From Saprolegnia diclina VS20 (taxonomy: Eukaryota): a stretch of DNA of 64,000 nt. The notes beneath the pieces were generated by a model. The model saw nothing but the letters and a program-made list of their open reading frames with translations. It made no database searches and was not told where the DNA came from. The stretch lies in NCBI RefSeq assembly GCF_000281045.1, contig NW_008246116.1, forward strand, positions 288,255 through 352,254. The letters run 5' to 3'. Positions within the stretch are counted from its first letter, which is position 1; every line of letters starts with the position of its first letter. The position numbers and the translations under genes are program-made. Positions 25,802 through 36,815 of this stretch are shown here, one piece after another.

Positions 25802-26487
25802 GCCACCCGCGCCTTTTCCAAGTTCAAAATGACCACGCAAAACCTTCTTTCCGCAGGTTTCGAGGATTCGAACATTAGATGGTTGGGGAATTGAGTCCTC
25901 CTTGGTTCACGGCGGCGGGAAGGCTCGAACATGTAGCGTTGCTCAACTACAGAGAAGTTCAAGGTGCTTGTAGGAACGGCGTTTTCTTGGCGCCAAAACA
26001 TGTACGAAGTCGCACGCGTTCACCTTGGATGTTTGTGCAACCAGATTCAATTGGACTACATTCCGAGGAAGCCTTTTGGTACTACGTAGTACAAGTGACT
26101 CAGGAATGATTTCGAGCTGTACGAACGATGCCGGAGCCAGCACTAGCAATAAGGCGCTAGCAATAAGAATCGGTCTCATTACCTCTAGCAACGACTAGCT
26201 CGGCACGACGAGACTACTACGAAAACACACAACGACGACCGATCACGTCGCCCAGCTGCTCGCTGTGCCACGTACACTGTGGGCCAGGAGAATACCGCGG
26301 CGCCACCCACTTGAATGTGCCACTTGAATTCGACATCTGATTGGCTCAAAGTACGTGCTGGCTGCGCGAGCTTGGCGCGGATTGGCTGAAATTCGAACTG
26401 AAACGCCGAAAAATCTTGTGACGGGACGGGCAGCGCCACTTTGCACTTGTCCACATCCCATATCCATATCTTTCCTGCCCTGCCATA

Positions 26488-28163
26488 ATGGTTGTCCCGC
26501 TTCCTGCTTCGCTGCGTGGCCCTGCCGGCGCCGCCCGTCTCGAGGCCCTCTGCGCCAAGTACGACACGCCGCTCCAGCTCTACGACGAAGGCCTCATCCG
26601 CGAGAACGCGCGCGGCCTCTTCCGCGCGTTCCGGACGCACTTTTCGACGTTTGCCGAGTTCTACGCGGTGAAGGCGCTGCCCAACCCCGCAATCCTCAAG
26701 ATTCTGTACCAAGAAGGTTGTGGCTTTGACTGCTCGTCGACGGCCGAGCTACACATTTGCAAGACGCTCGGCGTGCCCGGCGACAAGATCATCTACACGT
26801 CCAACTACACGTCCAAGGAGGACCTTGCGACAGCGTTTGACCTCGGCGTCATCATCAACCTCGACGGTACGCTAGCTTCTCGCCGCTTGATACGATCTCG
26901 CTCTATTAGATGTGTCCCTCGTCGATGCTCTCGTCGAGGTGCGCGGGCGGTGCCCGGATCTCATGTGCTTTCGCCTCAACCCGGGCCTTGGCCGCACCGA
27001 CTCGGAGACCAAGTCGAACGTGCTCGGAGGGCCCGATGCCAAGTTTGGCGTGCCGCCGTTCCAGGTATCGCCTGTCGATGTACATTGACCGTCGTCACAA
27101 CGCAGTATGTAGATTGTCGAGGCCTATCGCAAGGCGCAAGCGGCCGGTGCCACCCGCTTTGGCATTCACATGATGACCGGGTCGTGCGTCATGAACGCCG
27201 ACTACTGGAAGGAGACGGTCACGGAGCTCTTCCAGACGGTTCTCTTGCTCAAGAAGGAGGTATTTGTCTAGGCTAAACCTACATGTCCTTACAATGGCAA
27301 GTAGCTCGGCATCACGATCGAGTTTATGAACATTGGCGGCGGCCTTGGGATCCCGTACTACCCCGACCAGGTACATACCACGTCTGTCATGATGTTGTCT
27401 TATATGCCCTGTAGCCGGTCGTCGACGTTCCTGCCATTGCGCAGATGCTTCGCCACGTCTTTGATGAACTCATGGCGCAGCACGGCGAGGTCATTTACCC
27501 CGCTACTGCGTGGCTGCGAGAGGATGAAGCATGCTCACCCTCGATGTAGACGTCAATTCCGCAGCTCTGTATGGAGAACGGTCGGTACATGACGGGTCCC
27601 TATGGCTGGCTCGTGAGTCGCTGCCAAGCCATCAAGCAGTCTTACGCCACGTACACCTCACTTGCTTGTATCTCTGAACTAACTGCATTGAACTAGGTAC
27701 TATGGCCTCGACGCCAACATGGCGCACCTCATGCGTCCGGGTATGTACGGCGCGTACCACCACATTACGATTCCAGCGCGGGACGTGCCGGGTGCCGAGA
27801 TTGTGGCAGCCAATGTCGTCGGCCAGCTTTGCGAAAACAACGACTGGTGCGATATACCATCGCGACGACTGCAATCTGATGTATGGTCGGTAAAGGTTTG
27901 GGAAGGACCGGCCGCTCCCCAAGGCCAGCGTCGGCGACTTGTTTGTGATCTACGACACGGGCGCGCACTCGCATTCGATGGGCTTTCAGTACAATGGCAA
28001 GCTCCGCGCGCCCGAAGTGCTCATCTCGCCCGACGGCACCGACCGCCTCATGTACGCAGATCTCATAGAGCGTATGGGACTGATGATGACACTGTGTTGT
28101 AGTCGCAAGCGAGAGACGTACGATGCGCTGTACGGCAACTGCGTCATGCCCGACGACCTCTAA
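26488..28163 (+). CDS. lysA: Diaminopimelate decarboxylase (about 8 introns)
   Basis: TPLQLYDE, FYAVKALPN (PLP Lys), GFDCSS, AKFGV, NIGGGLG, MENGRYM, RPGMYGAYH, VVGQLCENND, DTGAHSHSMGFQYN. Confidence 0.95.
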
Positions 28164-28571
28164 ATCGCCTGACAACGTTGACAACACGCTCGACTCTAAG
28201 CTTCAACATTTGTAGTCGTGTGGAACGAAAATACAGTGCCTTGTTGGAAACAGTGTTTGATCATGGTGCATATGAATGTCCAACAAGTAACTTTGGTGCG
28301 ACTTGCTCCTCTCGCGCATCGGGGCACCAGCAATGGCCCCAACACCAAAATGACGGCTGTGAAGAGTTATGCTCCAGCACTCGTAGCCGACATACATGAT
28401 GATGTCCAGGTAGAACCAAGTACTGTACTTGTCGCGTTTGGACAAATGGTCCAAGAAGAAGCGACCAACACCGCCGGCCTTCTGCTCGTGGAGACATATA
28501 GAAGACATATAGATGGATATAGTGTCGATTCACATGTATACGAACGCTCCAGACATAGCGCAAACGACGGT

Positions 28572-29309
28572 TTAATGGGCGTTGTGCCGGCTCAAATAGG
28601 CTTTGCAGTGGGCATGCAGCTTCTCCACAGCGTCGTCCATCCAGCTGGCATAGTCCGTTTCGGAGCCAACGTTGCGGTGCCACGCGGAACGAAAATGCGC
28701 CGTCTTGAATGCTTCGGCAAGGGTGCAGAGAACGCTCATTTCGTCCGTGACGGCCGCCGTCGCCGACTTGATGCTGTCTGCCGCGCCCGCACAGCACAGA
28801 GTTGTCGCCTCCCAGACCGCTGTATCTGCCTCGAGGTTGTTGGTCATGTTCTCAAACACAAGCGCCACCCAGTTGGACGACTTGCTGGTCGCGTGGACGG
28901 GACGCCCCAAGTTCGCTAGCGCCAGCTTCAGCTCAGGAAGCAAGCCAGTTGCTGTAGTGAGAGCATTTTTAGTGTTGCGTATGGCCTCAATTTCTTCTGG
29001 CAACAGTGATTTGCCCTTGATAAGCAGCTCGGCGAGGACTTGGTCGTGATCTTTGGTCGCGACGGTCGTCAGGTTGGGCTCGAGTAACGGTACCAAGCGA
29101 CTACACAGCTCAAGCACAGAACGGACGGCGTCGTTGTACGTGCGTCGCGCCTGGATGAGGAGCCTCATAACGCCTTGGATACGCGTAGAAACGCCTTGTG
29201 TAAAGGTGTTCTGGTGCATCAACATTGTCTTGAGCATCGGGTCGAGCTCGCGCCACGGGTAGCACTCGTCAGAGGCTTCGTTGTACCGGAATGGGTTCGA
29301 CGTCGTCAT
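28572..29309 (-). CDS. Hypothetical alpha-helical orphan protein
   Basis: 245-codon ATG ORF with helical composition and weaker GC3 bias than its neighbours; no motif recognised. Confidence 0.45.
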   Translation of the reverse strand: MTTSNPFRYNEASDECYPWRELDPMLKTMLMHQNTFTQGVSTRIQGVMRLLIQARRTYNDAVRSVLELCSRLVPLLEPNLTTVATKDHDQVLAELLIKGKSLLPEEIEAIRNTKNALTTATGLLPELKLALANLGRPVHATSKSSNWVALVFENMTNNLEADTAVWEATTLCCAGAADSIKSATAAVTDEMSVLCTLAEAFKTAHFRSAWHRNVGSETDYASWMDDAVEKLHAHCKAYLSRHNAH

Positions 29310-29725
29310 AGTACGTCCACCACTGATAGGCGTCGAGAAGAGACAAATAAAAAGTGACCGACGCCACCGTCCGCAACTCCCCAACGCCGGGGGTAAGAAC
29401 CATACCTTGTTGAAGTGGCACAGACGGCAACTTGATACTTGATCATTTCTGCCACGTCATGGTATCCGGACGACGAGCGTCAAGATTGGCCTCGTTTATG
29501 GAGACGTTACTGCTTGGCCTACATCGAACCGAACTACCTTACAACACCATCGCAAAACAACTTGTTCGCTGCAGTCGCTGCCGCGCTCACGATGGTGTTG
29601 GACGACTACCTGTCCGGATGCGGCATCCGGACATGTGCATCAACTTGATACATATCAATGGCAACATCATGATGCATATGCTTACCGAAACTCGCACATG
29701 ACAATAGTGTACATCGTTATTTAAA

Positions 29726-31603
29726 TCATAGGACGTCGACCGATTGCAGCTCGAAGCACGGAAACGGCGACAAGTACGGCATGTCGTTCAGTGGCGCGAG
29801 CGCTTGGAGGTAAGCGTCGTTGGCTGTGAGCCACGTGTCGTCGACGAGGCCTTCGGTGAACGCCCCCATGGTGGCGCCGTCGGAAAATGCATACCCGCTT
29901 TCAGGGTTCAGCGACCAGACGTAGCCGCCAGCGTAGCCAACATTCGCTGGCGCCGAAAGCATGGCCACAACGAGCTGCGTCACGCGCTGGTTGGTGCGCT
30001 TGGGGTGCGTGTCGCGGGTATACAGGCCGCCAAACTCCCCGAGGACGATAGCGTTCGGCGCTCCCCTATACCACGCGTCATGACCAGCAAATCGAAGAAC
30101 GGGACGTACGACGCGAGGTAGCCAAACATGTGCTGCATCGAGGTCTCAATGCGTGAGCGCAGCGTCACGTCGTCAAGCTCGACGTAGCTCTGCAGTGCGC
30201 CGTTGCTATCAACTGTGCCGCTCGCGTACATGTACGGCTGGACCGAGACGGACGGGTTGTAGTAGTGCGGCGCGTACACCACCTTGTTGGGTTGACTCAA
30301 CATGATGGGAAGGCGGCCGGCGTTTTGGAGGCCACCGCCCCACCAGTCGAAATACGAAAACTGGTTGGGAATGTCGTGGGATGCCCATGTGCCCTCGACA
30401 AACGCCAGCCAGGACGGACAGCCCGCGAGCATGCGATTTCCGAGCAGCGTCGCGCCGGTGCGAAAGTCGGATGCGTCGTTTGTGCCCCAAGTTGCCTTCC
30501 ACGGCTCGTTCTTGAGGTCGAGCCCGAGGATGTTCCAGTAGCTTGGTGCACATAAATGGGTCGTGAGCACGTCGACAGCCGAGAGGACGGCGTCTCGGGG
30601 CAATGATGCGCTGAACCAGTTGTCCCCCTTGTCGGTCGTCGTCAGCGTGTGGAAATCGAGGAGCACGGAAATGTTCTTGGCTCCTAGAGCGACCACGAGG
30701 CTCTGCAGCATGCGGACGTAGCTGCCAATGTCAAACTAGACAGTAGACTATGAGACACGTCGGCCAACGACACATTGTGTACGGCGCGGTTGGTATTCAA
30801 ATTGATGAGGCGCGGGTCGGGCGCTGTGTTGCGAAGCAGATGCTCGACACAGAGCGGTATGCGCACGCTGTTAAACTTGTGCTCGGCCAAGAACGACGTG
30901 ATGGCCAGCTATCCTGCAGCATCGTCCTCGCGTTCATCGTGCTAGAAGCCATATACATACCACCGTTGTACCGTTGACGCCATTGTCCCAGAGACCCATG
31001 GGAATCGCCGCGGCCGTCTCGGCGCCAAACCTACAGCCGCGTATTGATAGAGTCGACAATAGTATGGCGTCTTCTACCAGTTGATGCCCTTGATGCTCAC
31101 ACGCTGCGAGGTCCCGCCGTGTTCGACGTAGATGCCGTTGTTTTTGCTCACATAATTAGGCAACGCGCACCCTAGAAGGCCTCATTACGAGGACGCAGGA
31201 AGTAGAAATTCTTACGTCGCGTGGGGTACTGGCGCGGGTTGTCGACTTGGCCGTCGATCGGGTCAATCAGCGCGTCGTGCAGTGACGAGCCGTTGCTCGC
31301 AATGCGCTTGCGCTCGGCCGCCGCGAGGAGCTTGGCGCGGACGCGGACCATGGTTTGTGTGTGTACGTTGTCGCCGAGGTACGCCAGCAGCACGCCGCTT
31401 CCAAGCAGCAGCACGAGACAAAAGACGGCGCCTGGCCAAACCTACAGAGTACATGACGTGGCAGCGCGAGCGGCGTCGCGCACCGTGAGACGGCCGTGGT
31501 AGTCGCTCGGCTTTTCGTCGTCGGGCGATGCAAACTCGTGGTCCGATAACACGGGCACCGGACTCGGGAGAGGGCTCGAGGCGACGGCGACGACGATCGC
31601 CAT
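29726..31603 (-). CDS. Glycoside hydrolase family 5 (endo-beta-glucanase-like), type II membrane-anchored
   Basis: N-terminal TM (VWPGAVFCLVLLLGSGVLLAYL); IKGINWFGAET, FNSVRIP, LDLKNEP (acid/base), VVYAPHYY, IVLGEFGG (nucleophile), WSLNPES. Confidence 0.92.
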
Positions 31604-31886
31604 TTTGGCGGATGGCACTCTCCCACGGACCTGCACCACGTTCCCCAGCTGGGTTCGACGCCACAAGACACAACATTAGCGTTATTAGTGCTGTTCGGAT
31701 TCACTTACACAACGTAGTCGACAACGTACACGACCGACTACCCGACTCCAAATTCGAGTGATTTGACAATAATCAATTCAAAAGTGGTATTTTGCGGGCA
31801 TGCTGGAACATGCAATTTCGGTGCACTGGTCTATTTTTTGTCGATGCAATTCCGAGGAAAAGACAGTAACCAAGCTTTTACAGCTC

Positions 31887-31920
31887 TGAATTATAAGATT
31901 TGAATTATAAGATTTGAATT
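31887..31920. repeat. 14-bp tandem duplication TGAATTATAAGATT x2.4
   Basis: Exact direct repeat seen in the intergenic region. Confidence 0.85.
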
Positions 31921-32816
31921 TCTGAGGCGCGGAACGCTACATTCAGCGCAGCGAATCGGTTGGCAACTAATGTACAGTGCACGCATCGGTACAGTACATG
32001 AGGAGGGATACATGGGCACAAGTACATGTACGCTCCGCCGTGATGTTGCGATAGGGCGTGTGCCAAGACCAAGCGCGACTTCGCAAGCTGCTCGACAATG
32101 CTCCGCTCCAGGTGGCAGGTCGCATGCTTTCCGCGCACGAGGAACTCACCGCGGGACATGGTTTGGACACGAGTGCTATGGACGACGACGCTGTCGCGAT
32201 CTGCTCTCGAGCTCTTTTTGCTCAAAGAAATGGCCGCGGTCCGCCTTGAGCCACAATGCCCAAACCCTTGACAATGTACTAGTACTAACTAGTACTAGTA
32301 CGTATTACGCTCTGCCAAGTCATTGGCGTTGCACTTGTTTCTATTCACGTCTTGCATTTCATATCTGCCGCATCAGTTCTTAGGTGCATCGAGTATATAT
32401 TGGTCGAGTTTGTAGTCGGTTGGAGATCACAACATGTGCGCCAAGAACAGATACCAGTAGGATAGATAGATATGGATAGATATGACGTATATTCGCGTTA
32501 AAACACACAGTACTAGGCTGTGTCCAGGAAGATGCCGCCATACGTGCACGGAAGAACAGCTGGAAGAACGACAGTGGGGACACCGGTACAAGCGGCAACG
32601 ACCGCCTCGGTCAGCACGGTCCAAAGCTCCTTAATCTACCTCGTTTCTCTCGCAACCCCAGCGCCAAGTGGTTGGCACTGCTGTTTTCTTTGGTGCTTGA
32701 TGCTGTCCATTCACACGGGTGCGGTCGGCCAACCAACAGAGTCCAAAACGACAACATCCAGTGGGTCAATGCAGTGTATCGAAAATTGTATAAATTCTCA
32801 CGCAGAGTTGACGAAT

Positions 32817-33566
32817 TTACTTGGTTTTCTTGGACTCGCCGGCGTTGGTTATGTACTTTTCGATGACGTCGGCCTTCATGCGGTCAAAGCCACGCGGTAG
32901 CTGCATGTAGGCTTCGACGGCCTTGGGGATGCGGAGCACCGAGTCGGGCGCGTGCTCCATGTAAAACGCCGTGAGCCAGCGCGTCATGGCGCGTTCCCTT
33001 CGCTTCCGGAGAGCCCACGGCAGACCGAAAAAGAGCGTCAGGAGTAAACTCGCGACGACGACGCCGCCGAGAATGCCGTCGCCAAAGACGTACGCCATGC
33101 TCAGATTGAACGCGAGCCAGCTCATGTTGTACCACGAGAGAAGATCGTCGATCTTGTCATTGTCGATGCGCGCATCAAGGTCGGTCGGCAGCTCGACGCC
33201 CGCGACCTTGATGAGCGACTCGAGCTGGCCCTTCATCATGTCGTCGATTGCGCCAAGGCCGCGCAGGTCACCGGGAAACGCGCGGTGCTTGACGGCCGAG
33301 TTGTCAAACTGGCGCTTGACACCGCCGTCCGGCGCGTCGCTCTCGGTCATGACGACACCGAGCACGTCTTGGATCCGGTCGATCTGCTCGGGGCTGAGCA
33401 CAAAGCCGATTGTATTGTCGCCGTCGTTGGCCTCCTTGCCGAGGGCGACATCAATGACGCTCTTGAGCACCTCGTCGGTCTTGGCCTCTTGGAACGCAGG
33501 ACCGTTGTCTTTGGCGAGCACCAGGAGGCACGGCAGCGCGGTGCAGGCAAGAAGGAGCAGCTTCAT
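32817..33566 (-). CDS. Hypothetical signal-peptide membrane protein
   Basis: MKLLLLACTALPCLLVLA signal; hydrophobic segment GILGGVVVASLLLTLFFGLPWAL followed by RKRRER; intronless with strong coding bias. Confidence 0.75.
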   Translation of the reverse strand: MKLLLLACTALPCLLVLAKDNGPAFQEAKTDEVLKSVIDVALGKEANDGDNTIGFVLSPEQIDRIQDVLGVVMTESDAPDGGVKRQFDNSAVKHRAFPGDLRGLGAIDDMMKGQLESLIKVAGVELPTDLDARIDNDKIDDLLSWYNMSWLAFNLSMAYVFGDGILGGVVVASLLLTLFFGLPWALRKRRERAMTRWLTAFYMEHAPDSVLRIPKAVEAYMQLPRGFDRMKADVIEKYITNAGESKKTK

Positions 33567-34183
33567 GGACGCTACGGGGTGGCTGGGCCCTGGCGAGCAA
33601 GTCGGAAAGTGCATTGCTACCTGCTTCTGCCCTTTCAAGATACCGCCCAGTCGTTCGAAAAAACATCGAAGTTTTTAAAAGATACGGTGATCGGCTAATC
33701 GCACGCCTCTTTTCGTGTCATGAGGCTGGCCCAAGTCGGGACGACAAGGCCTCGACGTGCTTTCATGGCGTGAGCTATACATGTAACTCCTTGTTTCCTG
33801 CCGTACATCGCTGCGTCTTCACGGCGAGGTGCACGCGTCGTATCCAGCGAGAGCTCGTTGTGTCACAGGTTGCTTCCAAGTAATGTCGGTGTTGACAACT
33901 CACGAAAATCGATAGCTTCGTAGCATAGGGACCTGCGGGACTGCTACTGCATTGGGTCCGATTCGAATGTGGTATCTTTGCCTCGTTCGGGTGGTGATTT
34001 AGTTACGCGGGGTGGCTGACCGAAAAAAGGTTGCGTGCGTCTAGCCACTGCCGAAGCGATTTCCGCACTTCGAAGCTTCTATGGATTTTAGCCAATCACC
34101 GCGTGGCGTTCCATGGAAAGGTGTGCGATCTTTGGCCGCTGGTCCGTGTCATTCGCCTTTTCTGCAGCCCGAACGCAAGCGGT

Positions 34184-36028
34184 ATGAAGACGACGATGCT
34201 CCTCGGCGCGGCGCTCGCCGCGTGCGTGGCGCTGACTGGCGCCGACGTTGCGGCTGCGGCGACCGCGGCCTCCACCTCGTTTGACGCCAAGATGGCCGAG
34301 CAGGCCAAGAACCTCCACAAGTTCATGCCTGGCCCGACGGGTCCTGGCTTCAAGGACAAGGGCATGACGAACCAAGGAGATTTCGAGCAAATGGGCCGGT
34401 TTGGCATCCCCGACTTGAACAACCCGACGGCCGAAGACCTCACGGACCTCAACTTTGACACGGCGATCGCCGGCGATGCGTACGTGGCTGTCCTCTTCTA
34501 CGACCCGAACATGGACGACTTTGAGTTTGTCGGCTTGCATTGGGAGAAGGCAAGCATGGAGCTCCAGGAGAGCGGTCGGTCGTACACGTCGGCCTCGATT
34601 CGCATGGCGCGGTTCGACATTTCCGAGCCCGAGCACGGCGAGATTGCCGAGCTCTACCGCGTCGACAGCGACAAGCCGACGATGCTGCTCTTCAAAAATG
34701 GCTCGGTCGTGCAGCCGATCGACGCGCGCGGCGGCCACACGGAGATCCAAGCAATCATTCTCTCAGCGACACTGCCGGCCGTCACGCACATTACGTCGGA
34801 CGCCGAGCTCAAAAAGTGGAAGCGCCGCAAGGTGTTTCAGCACGCCAACATCAAGTTTCTCGCCGTCACCGACGACGACGCGTCATTGTCGTCGTTCGAG
34901 GCCGTCTGCCGCGAGATCAAGCGCCGCGCGCCGTGCGGCTACGTCTCGGACCGTTTGCTCCTTGGCGCGATTGACGTCGACGCCAACGCGCGCCATTTCC
35001 TCGTCCGCGATTTCGATGCGCCCCGCGTCATCCCGTATCTCGGCACCGCCTTCACCGCCAAAGATGCACTTGACATGGTCGCCAACTACGACATGCCATT
35101 GCTGACCGACCTCGGCGACAAGGACGAGTCCCGCGTCCGCAACTTTCTCTCGCACCCAAAGACATTCCGGCTCCTTGCATTCTTCAAGACCGAGGCCGCC
35201 AAAGCCGCCGCGACTCCGCACCTCGAGGCTGTCGGCAACGCCTTTGGCCGCGACCTCCTTGTCGCCTACACGGTGGAGGACCCGGAAGACGCCATGAACT
35301 TCGACTATCATTTCTGGGATGTCCCGAGCAACGAGCCAGCGATCCTCGTCGTACACATGCGACGTGACCGCAAGTACCTCTACGCTGGCGCCGACGCGCA
35401 CAGTGCCAACCAAATGCTGACGTTTGTCCAAAATGTACTGCGTGGCGACGTGCAGCCCAAGCTCAAGTCGCAGGCGGCGCCGACCCCCAACAACGGCGCG
35501 GTCCGTCTCCTTGTGACCAACTCGTTTGCAAAGGAAGTGTGGCAGGCGCCGCACCAAGACACACTGCTGCTATTGACGCGCAGCGACCGCCACGGCCCGT
35601 CGCAGTGGTTCACGCAGCAGCTCGACGTTTTCGCCAAGGTCTGGCGCCGTGAGAAGCGCGTCTTGGTGGCTCGCATGGACATGCAGCACAACGATCTGCT
35701 CGAGCTCAGCGACGACGAACTCGCAACGCTACCGAAGCTTCTCTACATTTCCCGGGAGGCCAAACGTACCAAGTCGCTCGGCGCCGCGATCCCGCAACTC
35801 TACCCGACGATGGACGAGCTACGCCAGTTTGTGCAAACGCACCAGAGCATGGATCTCGCGGTCGACGAGAAGGTCTGGGCGCGCGTGTACGCGGACGACC
35901 TCGAGCTCCTGCGCCAGCACCGCGAGGCGCAGGCTGCGAACACCGACATTGAGCACCCGGGCGACATTTTGAAGGAGATCGACGCCGAGATCCAAGCCAT
36001 GCAACACATGGCCAAGGACGAGTTGTAG
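34184..36028 (+). CDS. Protein disulfide isomerase-like ER protein (a-b-b'-a' layout), lacking CxxC
   Basis: Signal peptide; DLTDLNFD...VAVLFY...MARFD...PTMLLFKNG; LKSQAAP...VRLLVTNSF...VARMD.QHND; C-terminal KDEL. Confidence 0.85.
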   Translation: MKTTMLLGAALAACVALTGADVAAAATAASTSFDAKMAEQAKNLHKFMPGPTGPGFKDKGMTNQGDFEQMGRFGIPDLNNPTAEDLTDLNFDTAIAGDAYVAVLFYDPNMDDFEFVGLHWEKASMELQESGRSYTSASIRMARFDISEPEHGEIAELYRVDSDKPTMLLFKNGSVVQPIDARGGHTEIQAIILSATLPAVTHITSDAELKKWKRRKVFQHANIKFLAVTDDDASLSSFEAVCREIKRRAPCGYVSDRLLLGAIDVDANARHFLVRDFDAPRVIPYLGTAFTAKDALDMVANYDMPLLTDLGDKDESRVRNFLSHPKTFRLLAFFKTEAAKAAATPHLEAVGNAFGRDLLVAYTVEDPEDAMNFDYHFWDVPSNEPAILVVHMRRDRKYLYAGADAHSANQMLTFVQNVLRGDVQPKLKSQAAPTPNNGAVRLLVTNSFAKEVWQAPHQDTLLLLTRSDRHGPSQWFTQQLDVFAKVWRREKRVLVARMDMQHNDLLELSDDELATLPKLLYISREAKRTKSLGAAIPQLYPTMDELRQFVQTHQSMDLAVDEKVWARVYADDLELLRQHREAQAANTDIEHPGDILKEIDAEIQAMQHMAKDEL

Positions 36029-36815
36029 AGGGGTTGCATTACTACTTTCGGCTACTATAAATGACACATGTTTTGCACACTAAAGACAAGTTGTCTTCAT
36101 TCCGCTACGACTACGTAAGCTGTGCAGCGGCGCCGCGAGGTGGTTGTGGTGTCAAGGCGCCATATGAGCAAACCCACGGCGACCACAAGCAGCAGGTGGT
36201 GCTGCATTCACTTGTCGAGTCAGCATCTCACCAAGGATCTTGATCATCTCACTACCGCCACGCCCTTTGAGGTGTGGGATCCGCGACAGCGTCGTCATTG
36301 GTCTTGGTCGACCAAGAGAATCCGCATTTCATTCCTTGCCATCGACCCTCTGGACGCGTATGATAAGGCTGTTGCGCTACGCAGCGCCGTTCGCAGCATT
36401 GGTACACTGTGACCGATTCCGCTCCTGGCAACAACCAGAACGTGACACCAGACAGAGGGTGGCCGTACTCCGTAAACACCGGCTAGTGTACAGGCTACCG
36501 GCTTACAAAGCAGAACGGAAAGTGGCTGCTAAGCTACGTCTCCTCACTGCTGCCAAGGGCTGTATAGTCTCACACCAACGGGCTTCTCCGTAGGACTGCA
36601 AACACACATCGCCTTGTCCCGGCCTAGTGGTGTTGACGTGGGCAAGGTTCACACCCAGTGCCCACCACGACGCCTTGTACATTCATAGTGACGCCATCGC
36701 CTCCGCTTCGAGTTGCATTGGCGAGACGACGACGTCGGTGCCAAGCGCGCCTCGCGATCGAAAATGCATCGGCCAATCCCAATGGGCCAATCCGGCTGCC
36801 TCGATTTACGAACAA

